A DNA stretch of 64,000 nucleotides from the human T2T-CHM13v2.0 reference genome, Homo sapiens. Numbering within the stretch: the first letter of the stretch is position 1; every line of letters starts with the position of its first letter. This document shows positions 1 through 13,956 of this stretch, piece after piece. The stretch lies in NCBI RefSeq assembly GCF_009914755.1, contig NC_060925.1. One strand, written 5' to 3'. The notes under the pieces were generated by a model that had not been told where the DNA came from, ran no database searches, and saw only the letters and a list, made by a program, of their open reading frames with translations. Position numbers and translations under genes: made by a program.

Positions 1-185
<185 letters not shown>

Positions 186-342
186 AATCCCTTATAGTCC
201 TTACAAGGTTAGTATCACAAAGGTTTATAATGAGTATCTCTTATTTTAAAACAAAAATATGAACACTAAACCAAAGTTTTTTCGAGGTTTTTAATTTTGT
301 CCTATTTTTTAACCCCAGCGCTTTTTCCTTTCTCAATTCCAG

Positions 343-528
343 AGAATTTCCGCTGCCTGTGCACTCATGAAAAGGGCTTTGGCTTTAAGGGAAGCAGCTT
401 CCACCGCATCATCCCCCAGTTCATGTGCCAGGGCGGTGATTTCACAAACCACAATGGCACTGGGGGCAAGTCCATCTATGGGAAGAAGTTCGATGATGAA
501 AACTTTATCCTCAAGCATACGGGACCAG
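343..528 (+). CDS. PPIE: PPIE (cyclophilin E / CYP33) internal coding exon, cyclophilin domain ([14 protein letters not shown]...FILKHTGP)
   Basis: Cyclophilin signature [28 protein letters not shown]; pyrimidine tract + ttccag acceptor (AG 341-342); donor CCAG|gtagga at 528/529. Confidence 0.97.
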
Positions 529-1292
529 GTAGGAGCCAGTTGGCATGTGGTGACGAGGGAGGCTGGGCAAGGGTGGGATGGCCAGGCAGGATGGAAGGAC
601 AGGTTGTAGTTCTGGCTGGCGGACACTAAGAGTCTGGAGGAGACCCAGCCACCAGACATAGGAGAACCATGCAGCCTTGCTAGGGTGGAGTTGGCTTGTT
701 GACATTCAGGTGCTGTTCATCCCCCAACCGTGTCCACAATTCCTATTAGCCCCGCTTGGATTCTGTGGTCTGCTGTTGCAGGCTCTTATGCTCTCAACCC
801 CACTGCTCTCCCTGCCCTCACCATCAGATTTACTCAGTAAAATCTCGGTGGTTAGTCCCCCAGCAACTAGAGAAAAAACACAGAATTGTACTGAACAATC
901 CCACTTGAAATTTATAACTATAGTTCTTAAGGGGACCCTTGCCAGCCTGACCAGATTTCCCTACTTGATGCTCAGTCCCAACCGGAGATGATGTGTCCAT
1001 GCCCGTCTTCACTTCTGAAGCCCTCATATCATCACCTTCCCACCTCATCTAATGCTTCACCTCCTGCATCTCTCCACTCGTGCATGCTCTTTCTTCCAAT
1101 TACAGGGGATGAGCTGTCTCTCCTAGGCCAGCCTCTCCACCTGTGGACTGGATCCTGTCCCTCTCCTCTACTTAGGAACATGGCTTCTAAAGTTGTCCCC
1201 TTCTTGTAATCCATTTCCCCTGCTCTGCTAGATCAGTCCATTAGCATGAAAGCATGCAGTTATCAACCTTTAAAAAAAATCTTCATCCGGTT

Positions 1293-1592
<300 letters not shown>

Positions 1593-1855
1593 TCATCCTT
1601 GTACTCTTGTTCCCTCTCCAGCTATCACCCATGCCCCTGGTCCCCCATCTTTTTTCAAGAAGTAAAAGCATAACTTCTTGAAAACATGGTACAGACTTGC
1701 TGCCTTCGCGTTTTCTCTAATCCCTTCTAGGCAGACTTCTAGTCCCATCTCGCCATTGAAACCACTCTTGCCAAAAATACGAGTAGCCAGTTCTTGGCGA
1801 TCATCTTATCCCACCTCCCAGATGTTATCCCACCTCCCAGGAGCATTTCATACTA

Positions 1856-2074
1856 CAGGTTGAGTGTCCCTTTCCTGAAATGCTTGGGACCAGAAGTATT
1901 TTGTATTTTGGAATATTTGCATTATACTTACCAGTTGAGCATCCCAAATCTGAATATCTCAAATCTGAAATGCTCGAGTGAGCAGTTCCTTTGAGTATCA
2001 TGTCAGTGCTCGTGAAGTTTCAGATTTTGGGGCATTTTGGATTTTGGATTTTCACATTTGGGATGCTCAGCCTG
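1856..2074. mobile_element. Tigger4a/MER46-like MITE (TcMar-Tigger)
   Basis: Terminal inverted repeats caggttgagtgtccc ... gggatgctcagcctg flanked by TA on both sides. Confidence 0.8.
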
Positions 2075-2783
2075 TACTAACTCTGTTCTCCTTGACTCCT
2101 TCTTCACTTGGCTGGCAGGACTCCTGCCTCTTCTTGTCTCCTTTTACCTAGATGGCTGCTTTTTCTGTCTTTGCTGTCTCCTTCTTTTCCTGACCCTTAA
2201 ACACTGAAGTGGCTCAGAGCCCATTCTTTGGTTCTCCAGAAGCCTGTTACCCTGTGCTCCGTTTTTCTAACTGGTGGTTTGTAGGGCCCCTCTTTACTAT
2301 ACTGAACTGACATGTGTAGGTGATATAGCCCACTGACCCACATCGTTATTTTAAAAATCAGTATTCATCTGTAACTATAATAGGGAAGAACATCAGAGGA
2401 AATAAACGAATTTGTATAATACTCGAATATGTTTCCAGATGTACATGCTTAAGCACAGCTGTGTCAGAACACAAAGTGAATTATTCAGGCGTCTGCCCCT
2501 GTACTCAAACGCAGCAGTTAGAAATGCAGACGGGAGTGTCAACTGGATACCACTAGGAGTGATGCTATTGGTGATACGGCTTTGTGAAATGGTAGATAAA
2601 GTTGATTAGAGTCCAAAGTAAAGAATAATCTGTTTATTTACATAGTAGTTACATTCCTAGAAGATTCCATGGAAAATCAAAAGCACTCCAAAACTTTGGG
2701 CTTATATGTATAATGGAATTATGTTTTAGGTGCAGATAACTGTAAACACATTTTTTACCTATACCAATATCTGGCAGGATATT

Positions 2784-3099
2784 TGTTGTTTTGTTGTTGT
2801 TTGGTTTTTGTTTTTTTGAGACAGGGTCTCTTTCTGTTGCTCAGGCTGGAGTGCAGTGGTGCAAGACGGCTCACTGCAGCCTCAACCTCTCCAGCTCAAG
2901 CAGTCCTGCCTCAGCCTCCCAAATAGCTGGGATTATAGGTGCACGCCATCCATAATGCCAGGCTAATTTTTAAGTTTTTTGTAGAGACAGGGTTTCATTA
3001 TATTGCTCAGGCTAGTCTGGAACTCCTAGCTTCAAGTGATCCTCCCACTTCAGCCTCCCAGAGTGCTGGGATTACAAGCATTAGCCACTGCGCCCAGCC
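2784..3099 (-). mobile_element. Alu (J-like)
   Basis: Reverse Alu; gcaggat repeated on both flanks. Confidence 0.88.
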
Positions 3100-3242
3100 T
3101 CTAGCAGGATGTTTGTAAGGGCCAAGAGGATATGAGACAATTCATTGTGCCAGACATTGCAGAACATCTAGCATTCCAGGCCCCCACCTGCTAAATGCCA
3201 GTAGCACCCCCACAATATTTCAGACAGTCAAAAACACTTTCA

Positions 3243-3546
3243 GGCCAGGCACGGCGGCTCATGCCTGTAATCCCAACACTTTGGGAGTCTGAAGTGGCAG
3301 CCCAAAGCCAGAGGATCACGTGAGTTCAGGAGTTCGAGACCAGCCTGGGCAACATAGTGAGACCCTATATCTACTGAAAAAAGAATAAAAAAATTATCCA
3401 GGTGTGGTGGTGCACGCCTGTAGTCTCAGCCGCTTGGGAGTTGAGGTGAGAGGATTGCTTGTGCCCCAGAGATTGAGGCTACAGTGAGCTGTGATGCACT
3501 CCTGTACTCAGCCTGGGTGACAGAGTGATCCCCATCTCAAAAAAAG
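3243..3546 (+). mobile_element. Alu (J-like)
   Basis: Dimeric Alu with A tail. Confidence 0.88.
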
Positions 3547-3886
3547 TAAATTCAGATTTCCAAAGGTTTCCTAGGGACAGGACACCAACCCCACTGAGAA
3601 GCAGTGCCCTAAGCAGTCACACCCGGTCCCAGGGCTTTCAGCGGTATCTCTGAGTTAAGTTTGTGCAGACTGGCATCTGCATGCTGATGGCTCCCTGAGC
3701 TCCAGACTCCTGTCCAACTGCCTGCCTGTTGTCTTCACTGGATATCCCACGAGCATCTCACACTTTACATGTCTAAAACAGCTCTTGGCCTTCTCCCCTA
3801 AACTCTTCCTCCTCCTCTTCCCTGTTTCAATAAATGACTCCACCATCCACTTAGCCGCTTGATCAGAAACTTAGGAGTCATTGTGG

Positions 3887-3946
3887 ACACACACACACAT
3901 ACATACATGTACACATACACACACAGACACACACATATACATGTAC
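3887..3946. repeat. Imperfect (CA)/(CATA) microsatellite
   Basis: acacacacacacatacatacatgtacacatacac... Confidence 0.85.
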
Positions 3947-4349
3947 ATTCTCTTACGTGACAAATGTCCATGTTACCAGGCCTCACTGTGTCATAGCTGT
4001 CATTTTGAATGGCTCTTTTCCACTGATTGTGAGCTCCACCAGAGCTTGGACTATGTTCTGCTCATCAGTGTTCCCAGGGCTTAACAGGGACCTGGTTGTC
4101 AAGTAGACACTTAATTGTTAAATAAATGAATTAATGAAAGAACAGACCAGTATAAAGTGATTGAAACACCTCACTTACCATTTCACTGACTATTAACTGA
4201 ATCCAAGATAAGGTGGCCGCATTTGCATGTGATCTGTGCATCCCCGAGTCTGAGCCTGACTGGCTGAAGGGCTGTCAACAGCCTGCACAGACGTCCTTTA
4301 AGGGCTGGTAGCCAGGGTTCGGGGAGCTGATGGTTGTTCTCTCCCTCAG

Positions 4350-4492
4350 GTCTACTATCCATGGCCAACTCTGGCCCAAACACCAATGGCTCTCAGTTCT
4401 TCCTGACATGTGACAAGACAGACTGGCTGGATGGCAAGCATGTGGTGTTTGGAGAGGTCACCGAAGGCCTAGATGTCTTGCGGCAAATTGAG
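4350..4492 (+). CDS. PPIE: PPIE internal coding exon ([18 protein letters not shown]...VLRQIE)
   Basis: Cyclophilin motif [15 protein letters not shown]...[10 protein letters not shown]; ctcag acceptor; GAG|gtatgt donor; phase 1 start matches the previous exon, ends in phase 0. Confidence 0.97.
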
Positions 4493-4726
4493 GTATGTGG
4501 CCAGGAATGGGCCTCCTCCTTACCCAGGCCCTAGGAGCACAGCCCTGTGTGAGGGCTGGAGAGTCTCTGTGGCCTGAGAGAGATGGCCAGGGGCTGTGTC
4601 CAGCGGGAGGGGCTGCTGCTGCCCAGGTTCCGGGGTGGAAGTGGGCAAATGGGCAGGCAGGGGTTGGTATCCCTAAACCACTGTTAGTCTCCGGCCTTAC
4701 TCCCTCACTTCTATTCTGCCACAAAG

Positions 4727-4795
4727 GCCCAGGGCAGCAAGGACGGGAAGCCAAAGCAGAAGGTGATCATCGCCGACTGTGGGGAGTACGTGTGA
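4727..4795 (+). CDS. PPIE: PPIE canonical last coding exon ([22 protein letters not shown])
   Basis: Phase-0 exon after acaaag; typical cyclophilin C-terminus VIIADCG; TGA at 4793-4795. Confidence 0.95.
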   Translation, partial: AQGSKDGKPKQKVIIADCGEYV

Positions 4796-5121
4796 GGCGG
4801 CACTCTCTCTGCTTCCCCCTCCGCTCTTGACCTTGCATATCCAGGAAGGAACTGCCAGCCTCAGAGGAGGCAGCACCGAGGGTGCCTGTTTGAAGCAAGC
4901 AGCATTTGGGATATGTGCCCTTCCTCAGGGTCTGCTTGGAGCAGCTCCTCTGCAGGCACAGCCTGGACTATTCCCAGGCACAGCTGTGGGCCCAGGAGCC
5001 AGCTCAGGTGCTCCCCTCCACCATGGGCAGGCTGTGCAAAAAGCCACCGGCTTTTCTCAGCATTTGCTGCTGGGCCTCTCCTGGGACTACCAGTGTGGCT
5101 CTTACGTGTTTTCTTTGCTAA

Positions 5122-5127
5122 AATAAA
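5122..5127 (+). terminator. PPIE: Proximal PPIE polyadenylation signal AATAAA
   Basis: AATAAA about 330 nt after the stop, followed by T/GT-rich sequence. Confidence 0.75.
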
Positions 5128-5526
5128 CCCTAGTTCTTATATTGCTCTTCCTGCTAGTTCTTGGGAGTTGTCAGAGATTGTGTCTGTGGCTAAGCTGGAC
5201 CTCTGAGGCAGGCTGGTGAGTGGGGAGAGCAGAGCATCTTTTTCACAGCTTTCATTTCCTCCCTTGGGCCGATCCCCTTAGATGTCAGGTGATGTATCTT
5301 CACACCAGGCATCGATGTCAGGGCAACGGAAATTAAAGACTGGAAAGCTCCGGTCTTCTGCTGCCTCTGCTCCTAAACCCAGCTGCCGGCCTTACAGCCA
5401 GCAAGTGTACTCTCAGTGGTTCATTTGTTTATTTGTTCACTTTCACCCTACAGATTTTAAAAAATGAAATTTTTATAACTCAAAGTGCCTTCTCTGTGCC
5501 AAGTACTATGCCTATTTGTCAGGAGA

Positions 5527-6459
5527 CAGGAAGCCAACAAACTACATGTGCCTAATCCAGCCCACTGCCTGTTTTTATGAATCAGGTTTTATTGGAACAC
5601 AGCCACGTCCATTTATTTACATATTGTCCATGGTGGTTTCTTACTGCAGTGGCAGAGGTGCGTAAGGGGCTATAGACACAATACAGGCTATGGTCCCTGT
5701 ATTAGGGTTTTCTAGAGAAGCAGAACCAATAGGGTGTGTATATATGTAGAAAGAGATTTATTTTAAGGAACTGGCTCAAGCAGTGGTAGGAGCTGGCAAG
5801 TCTGCAATCTGCACAACAGACCAGCAGGCTGGAGACTCAGGAAAAAAACTGATGTTGCAGTTCAGCTCTGAGGCAGTTTGGAAGCAGAATTCTTCCTCCA
5901 GTGATCTCAGTCTTTTTTCTCTTAAGAATTTCAACTGATTGGATGAGGCCTACCCACATTATGGAGGGTAATCTGCTTTACTCTCTACTGACTTAAATAT
6001 TAATCCATCTAAAAAATAGGCCAGGCATGGTGGCTCATGCCTATAATTCCAGCACTATTGGGAGGCTGAGGCAGGAGGATCACTTGAGCCCAGGAGTTCA
6101 AGACCAGCCTGGGCAATGTAGAGACCCCCATCTCTAGGGGGAGAAAAAAAAGCCAGGTATGGTAGTGCACACCTATAGTCCCAGCTACTCAGAAGGCTGA
6201 GGTGGGAGGATCGCTTGAACCTGGGAGGTTGAGGCTGCAGTCAGCCATGGTCATGCCACTGTACTCCAGCCTGGGTGACAAGAGGGAGACCCTGTCTTGA
6301 AAAAAAGAAACCATCATCACAGCAACATCTAGACTAGTGTTTGACTAAAAACTGGATACCATGGCCTAGCCAAATTGACACACAAAATAGACCATCACAG
6401 TCCCAAGGCCTAAAATACTTACTATCTGAGCCTTTACAAAACAGGATTGCCAGCCACTG
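5527..6459 (+). mobile_element. MER58A-like hAT MITE, split by the LTR at 5698-6399
   Basis: cctgtttttatgaatcaggttttattggaacacagccac... resumes after the LTR as ...ggcctaaaatacttactatctgagcctttaca. Confidence 0.7.
5698..6399 (-). mobile_element. MLT2-family (ERVL) solo LTR with an internal Alu (6019-6310)
   Basis: TG...CA termini; perfect 5-bp TSD GTCCC (5693-5697 and 6400-6404); MLT2-like gagatttattttaaggaactggctca. Confidence 0.8.
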
Positions 6460-8187
6460 AAGAGAACAAATGGTCCCACCCCCTGCTGAGCTCACAGTCT
6501 GGCTCTCCTGTGTGCAGCCACTTCTTGGAGCTGGCTTCTCTCCACTCCCCCTCCAGATGCTGGTCAGCCAGGCAGTTATAAAGAATCTCATCTGCTGAAG
6601 GCTTTTAGCAGGGACTGAGTCCTGTAGCTGTTGGACACCTCCTGTGGGTTGGGTCACTCAGACCATTCAGAATCCACTGAGCTGAGCTTTTGCATCTTGG
6701 ATTGAGATCTGGATGAGCCAGGAGGCAGGAGAGGCTAGGTGGTCCTCATGACCCTAGGATAGCTCTTGCTGAGGGATGGTGGCATTCTGCCCTACCTCTG
6801 GCTCCCATGTGCCGACTGGACTTTGTGAGCTCCAACTGCTACAGTTGACTGAGTTCAGGCTCCATGTAGCTGGGATATACTACATGGTTACCCCTCACCC
6901 CTATGGAGCTTCCAAAAGAGACCCTCCCTCAAAGCACAGCCCCTTCTCTGAGTGCAAATAATGGCCATCAGAGGTCAGTCACAGGTGTTAGGCAGGCATC
7001 TATGAAGCTGGGGATGATAGCACTGACTTCAGTGCTTGGACGAGAACCAGGAGAGAGTGTGTAGAAAAAGCACAGCCAGCCTCCCATAAAAGGACAGACT
7101 CCTGTGACAACCTTGTCACTCTGTTCCTCCCTGATACTCTGGGGAGGTGGAGGCCAGTGGGCAGTTCTGAAAGCTCAGCAGGTTTGGAGCCATTGGGTGT
7201 GGACTCCTCTCCCAGTGTTCCTCCTGGGTGTCCACAGATGTTATTGAATGCACACTGGAACCCTGCACAGGTAAACTGAGGCTTTATTGGCGTGACTGCC
7301 AAAGGTCACACAGGGTGGTTTGGCAGAGCTGGGATTAGAAGCCCAGCCTGTCTCTCTTCAGTAGTAATGGAGTCCTGGGAGGTTTACTAGGCTTTAGCCT
7401 CAATCTGTGGCGGCAGGGTCCACAGCCCTGGGGAGTGACACAGTCATGGTCCCCATGATTGGCCAGGACCTGTGTGGAGAGACACAGGAGACAAGACCCT
7501 GCTCTTCCAGGCCAGAAGGGAGGGGAGCCCCAGAGCTGGGCAGTGGCATGCCCCACAGCCTGGCCACCTGCTTCGGCTACGCACCATGCAGCAGCTGCAC
7601 CTGGCTGCCTCGGGAAAACTCTGACCTCTCTGGGAAGTGGAGCCAGTGGCTCTGTGGGCGTCCTTTCCTGCAGCCTGGAGAGCAAAGCGGCTTTCCCTGG
7701 GACTGTGTGGCTCCTGTCCCAACTGGCCTCCCCATTCCACATTCCCATTGCTGGACCAGCACCAGGACTGGGCACAGGGCTTCCTTTTGCTGATTCATTT
7801 CCCCCCTAACTCATTCAGAGTTGAGCCCCATCTGAGTCCCCACATGCTGGCCCTGAAACGGTTACAAAGGCTGAAACCAGGGATGGCAGGCCCAGGATCA
7901 GTGCTGTGGCTGTTGGAGTGTCCTCTCCAACAGCATGACAGCCGCCTCCAGGTGCTCCCAGCATCTGTTGCAGTCATGGCAGCCTCACGGCAACCTCTGA
8001 AGAAGGAATTATAGAACCAACTTTTTATTGTTGAAAATGGAGTCTTGTAGAGTTCAGTGATGGGAAACTAAAGTAGAAAAAGCACATCACAAAGAAACAT
8101 ATATAGTACAGTGTGATCCCAATTTTGTAAAAATATCTGTAATATGTAAGCATAGGTATTTGTATATCTTAAGAAAAAAAGCCTAGA

Positions 8188-8193
8188 AATAAA
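8188..8193 (+). terminator. PPIE: Candidate distal PPIE polyadenylation signal (long 3' UTR)
   Basis: AATAAA followed by a GT/T-rich tract (gtgtgtttatttgacttgtgg). Confidence 0.5.
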
Positions 8194-8638
8194 GCCACAA
8201 AAATATTAATAGTGTGTTTATTTGACTTGTGGGACTGTAGTGATTTGAATTGTATTTTATTTTTTATATATCCCACTTTCCTCCAAAACTGCATTATTTT
8301 TTTGAGAAGTGAAAGACATTTTTGAAAAAGGGGGTCAAGTGCCCATCCAGGGTTCCTTTCAAAAAGGGGGCCAAGCAGTTGACCTGGATGGGCAGTTCCC
8401 CCATGCAAATTGCCACCCAAGACACCTCGTGGGTACAGACCTCTCTCAGCAGGACATGGGATCCCATTGTCTGGGAACACAGCAAAGTTTCACAGCCGCT
8501 GCCACAAGTGACACTTGCTAGGCCTTTAAAGGCTATAAGAATACAAGTCCCGCCCTCTGAGGGATGCCATGTGTAGATGGTTTAGGAAAGAGCACAGCTC
8601 TGAAATAAATACATCATCACCTGCAGAACACATTTTGG

Positions 8639-8644
8639 TTTAAT
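8639..8644 (-). terminator. BMP8B: Candidate BMP8B polyA signal ATTAAA (implies a 3' UTR of about 3.2 kb)
   Basis: TTTAAT on +, i.e. ATTAAA on -, followed on - by gtgatgatgtatttattt; fits the long BMP8B 3' UTR as I recall it. Confidence 0.55.
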
Positions 8645-9643
8645 GGACAGACATAGAAGTGGCTCAAAAATAAGCAAATTCATTTGTAATAATACCAGCA
8701 AATACCTATTGTTAAGCATTTATATGTCAGACATCCCAAAGATTTGTGTACATATTTAGTCTTTATAATAGCTTTGGGAGGAAAGAACCAATATCATACT
8801 CTACAAAGGAAGAAGCAGAACCAGGATTCAAATCTATTTGGCACCAAAAATCTGCCTCTTGCTACACTGCCTCTATTCCTGTTTCTTTGGACCTTTTCCA
8901 GAACATGTTACTTCCCTGCCTCAGTTAGAAGTTAGTGACTACGAATCCCCTGCTGACTTGGCCTCAAGGCCAGTATTGCACCGCAAGGACCAAGACTGCT
9001 GGGCATTCCTCTTTTGCCTGTTGTATGCGTCCTCTCTTCCTGTCAACTGTCATTGATTTCTCATTGCTGTCAGTAGATCTGAAACAACCACCACCATCAT
9101 CCTTCCAACCCTCATCTGGTGCAACGAGATAAACAGGCCATGCCCTGAGCAAAGAAAAGGGAAATGGTGGTATCTGTGCTGCCAGCCTGGGCCACCCACT
9201 GCAGATGCACATGCTTGGCTCAGCAAACGGATAAGGATTAAATTCATGGACTTTGTGTTCATTCACAATTGTTTCATTGCTCAAGGGATTTTTCTATTTT
9301 ATTTCATTTGGTGACTATCTGGATGATAAAAGTTGCTGAAAGTCTGATGGCCAACTAGGTAGACAAAGCCTTATGTTTTTCCATTGTTCTGTATGAACCA
9401 GGAGGATCACGGCTCGTATTGGTTCCTGCTATGCACAGCTTGATTAATGGGTAAGGTGTACTCCATATCTACAAACCTTCAGGTAGTTTACAGACATTCT
9501 TGGTGCACCCCTAACTATGCCAGATCATTGGCTGGGCACTAAAGATACAGGTGGAGTAAAAAATTAATTGTCAAAATAACTGGCTAATTTAAAATTTACA
9601 ATTGCCTAGAAGACCATCTTTGATGTTAAGAAGGAACAATTAA

Positions 9644-9997
<354 letters not shown>

Positions 9998-11858
9998 TGA
10001 CAGCCACCAGAGCCCCACATTCAGGGTTATGAGGCTGCTTCTGGCTCACTATGAGGAGTTGGTAGACAGATTCTTTGGCTGAAGGTTGTTTGGAGATCAA
10101 AAAGTGCAGATAGAAAATGGAGGCGCAGATAAGGAAGCCACCTACAAGGCAGGTCTCTTCACCTCCAGGCCAGAGCTGAGATCCCTGTGCTGATAGGGAA
10201 TTCTCCAACTTCCAGACAGCCTGGGGCTGCCCTTTGCGTACATGGGAGGGTCTCTTCCTCTGCGCTTGCACATGGAGGCCCTCCCTGGTCCAGGTGGAGG
10301 GGCTGCTGTCCCGCAGTGTGGCCCCAGCCTCCACCCCTGCTGCTGGACCAGCTTTCCCCAGGCCCCTCCCTGGGGGTGCAGCACGTGAACTCCAGAGAGG
10401 CGCATCCTTGGGCCCATGGGGAGGTGGAACCACTCTGCCGGGCTGTGCCTGTGGATGGGGCGGGCGCAGGATCTGCTTTTAATGACACGGTTTGGGCAGC
10501 TGGACTCTGTCTATTCCAGCAGGTAAATTACAGGCTTAGCAAGTCAGAAATCAAATAAACACTCCAACTCCCAGTGGCTGCTCCAAGGAGAACAGCAGTT
10601 TCCGAGAACAGCAGAGGCTGAGACAAACCTCTCCACCCAACTCAGCCTAATTACTACTTGTCACTCCCTGAAAAGGACCTTTTCTTTGACTCACAGGCCC
10701 AAGACACAGGACAGGGCTGCTGGGCATCCAGGGTGACACTGACTTTGGTGATCAGCCTGTTTTTGATGGCCCCTGGCCTCGCCCCAGACCCGGTCACAGG
10801 CTGCCCATGTTGCCGATACATGCTCGGGCAGGGATGGACTGCTCCTCAGCATGGCAGAAGATGGCAACCAGGTTTCACTTTACATCATATCTGTTGGCAG
10901 TGGCTGTGCTGATCATTTGAAAATTCCACTCAGATTTGGAAGAAAAACATTCCAGATTGATTACTGATGTCTGCCATTCAGAGGGGAAAGGGAAATGATG
11001 GCATCTGTGCTGTGCATTGTCATCCTGGGCCACCCAATGCAACCACATGCTTGCTCAGCAAAGGGAAAACTCCACAGAGCTGAGCTCCTGGTGGGGCAAC
11101 ATGGTGGCAGATAGATGGGTCAATTGGAAGCCCCAAGATTTTTCTGTTTCTCCAAAGTAAAATGTCCATGCTCTTACATGTCTTTCCTAGATGGCAGAGG
11201 CAAATGCAAAGCAGGAAGACAAGGGAAGATAAATGCCATTGGCTTTAGCCCTAAATCATGCTGTTCACTCAGCTTTTTCTTGAGTTGACTCCACATGTCT
11301 ACCTGTGACCAGTGGATCAGTGCTTCAGATCCATGAATATACAATACTTCAGGGGTTATCCAGTTTTATACCCCACCTTGCACCTCGGGCAGGCAATGGG
11401 GAGCCAACCAGACCCTGACTACACACACCACACCCTGTGATGGATGGTGAAGAGCTCAAGGTGGCCAACAGTGGGCTCCAGGTGCCTCTCAGGTCATTCC
11501 ACATCTATCTCACGACCTGAGCCAGTAAGGGGCATGGATAGGACCTCAGACAGGACTTCTGTGCCAACCCCAAAGAACCAGCCAGGACATGCCTCCGGGA
11601 GAGGCGTTTGCATTTGGGTAGAACACTGCCTGATGATTGAGACCACCTGGGCTGGAAACAGGACAGTCACACAAATGCCTGGCAGGGCAAGGGGAGCATA
11701 GGAGCCTGGCATGAAGGAGAAAGGGTCATGTACGTGGTTGTGAGGGTCCTCCCTGGCAATGCCCCGGCCTGGGGTCTGGCTGGGTTTGAGGGTTTCCTGC
11801 TTCTGAGGGGCCCAATCCAGATGAGAAGGGTGGCTGCAGCTGGGCCGGGCGGGTGGAC

Positions 11859-12008
11859 TCAGTGGCAGCCGCAGGCCTTGACCACCATGTTGCGGTGCTT
11901 GCGCAGGATGACATTGTTGCTGCTGTCATAGTAGAGCACAGAGGTGGCGCTCAGCTTGGTGGGTGCACAGCACGCCTTGGGGACTGCGTCTGGCATCATC
12001 AGGTGCAC
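11859..12008 (-). CDS. BMP8B: BMP8B exon 7 coding part
   Basis: [49 protein letters not shown]; ggccag acceptor; MMPDA is the BMP8B rather than BMP8A (MKPNA) version. Confidence 0.97.
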
Positions 12009-13956
12009 CTGGCCAGGAAGAGGGCACAGGCAGGGGCATGAGCCCAGTGGCCTCCTCCAAGGACCCACCCAGCCCCACCCCAGCTCCACCTGCTCCCTGC
12101 CCTGGCCATCTCCAGGCCACATGGGAGCAGCACAATAATAATAACTATTAACAGGAATAAGAGCAGTCCTCAAGGCTCCAGGAGTGGGAGCTGTAGTAAC
12201 ACGCAGTGCCCAGGGAGGGACACATGGCAGGGGGTGTGCAGCAGGTGGGCAAGGCGCTAATGAGGGGCCTGGAGTCCCAGGCCAAGGGCTCAGACTTCCT
12301 CCTGGGGATAATGGGAAGGAGAACTGTGTGGCCAGGTTTGTGCCCTTAGTGAGGTCCCCAAGGGGGAGCCTGGAAGGACCACTTTCTTCTTTTGGCCCTT
12401 CGGACCCCCAGAGGCTCTGCCTCCCACACCCTGGCCTCCCTCCCCAGTCTCTGGGAGGCCAGGCCTCCGCCCCTCTCCTGTGCTGCTCCTTCCCCCAGAG
12501 GACTGCATCCACCCTCAGCACTTCAAGGCCCTGCACGTGCCCGCACCTCTCCACTCCCCAGGCTCAGCTTGGACCTCTCTTCTGAACTCCAGACTTGTGG
12601 ATCCTGCTCCCCTCGCCACTTCTGCACTTGGGGTCTAATGGGGCCTCAGCGGAACATGGAGTTCCTCCCGCCCTGACATCATAGCCCCCGCCTGGGAGGC
12701 CTCCTGGATGACTCCTCTTGCCTCCTCCCTTCCCTGGGAGCAGCCCCTGGCTCAACCTCCACCTCCATGCTGCCTTGGACCACCTGCCCCGTCCAGCTGC
12801 CATCACCTGTCAGGTGACCACAGCGGCCTTCACTCATCCCCTGCTCCTCCACCTTCCACCACCACCCCCACCCCCAATCCCAGCCTCCCCCAGCAGCCAG
12901 AGAGAGGTCCTTCTGGAGGGTGACATGGACCAGAACACTGCTTTGCTAAAGAGCTCCGACAGCCTCTTGGGTTACTTGGAATAAAACACCTTCATTCAGA
13001 CCCCCAGGCCCTAGGGGAGCCGGCCCTGCCCACCCTGGTGTCACCTCCCTCCGCCCTCCTCCCACTCACTGCACCCAGCCCCTTCTCCCTGCTGGCCCTG
13101 AACCTGCCAAGCTCACTGCTGTCTTAGGGCCTTGGAATTGCTCCTTCTGCTGGAACATTCCTCCTCCAGCTGCTGACTGGCCCCCTCCTTCTGTGGAGAG
13201 GCCAGGCCCAGTCTCTCCCCACTGATGGAGCAGCCACTCTGCTCTTCCTCACAGGAGGCGTCACCTCCACGGTTGTTTTGCTTTGGACAAACCAACAAAC
13301 CGACAGCCTCCCCTAGAGCGCAGCGCCTGTCTGTTTGCTGCCCAGCAGGTTACGAGTGCTCACTTTAGTTGAGCCCCTGAGGGGCAGGGGCAAGGGCAGA
13401 GGAGATGGAGTCTGGGAGCTGCAGATGCAGTCACCTTCCCGCGTGCCTCCCACACATGCAGCCATGAGAACCACACGGCATAAAGGGTGGCTGGGCTGGG
13501 CCGCCCCACGCGTCCTCATCATCCCTGGGCCTTTCCAAGGAGGTGGCTCCAGGTGTCCAGCAAACACCATTTGACTGCCCAGAAAGGAAGCATTATCATA
13601 GGCTCAGAGCAGCTTTTGGTAATTTATTTCCTCTCACACCAAGGCATAGTGTGCGCACGTGTGTGTGTGTGTGTTTTAATTTTTATTTTAGAGACAGGGT
13701 TTTGCTGTGTTGCCCAGGCTTGTCTTGAACTTCTGGGCTCGTGTGCTGCGATTACAGGGTGAGCCACCGCACCTGATCAAGGCATCACCGTTGAACCTCC
13801 TAAGGGGAAAACATAAGGCTGTGCAATACCAGGAACTGGGATTCTAGGTAAAAAGTTCTAGAAGGAAGCCTCGGTGCCAGAATCCACAAACACACAGAGC
13901 ACTCAACAGTGAGCAGCACCAGTGATCCCATCAGAAACCTGCTTTTGTCCTTTAAG

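Noticed and set aside
7335-8014. Cluster of 100-146 aa ORFs downstream of PPIE
   Set aside because: Lies in probable 3' UTR; no domain or splice support
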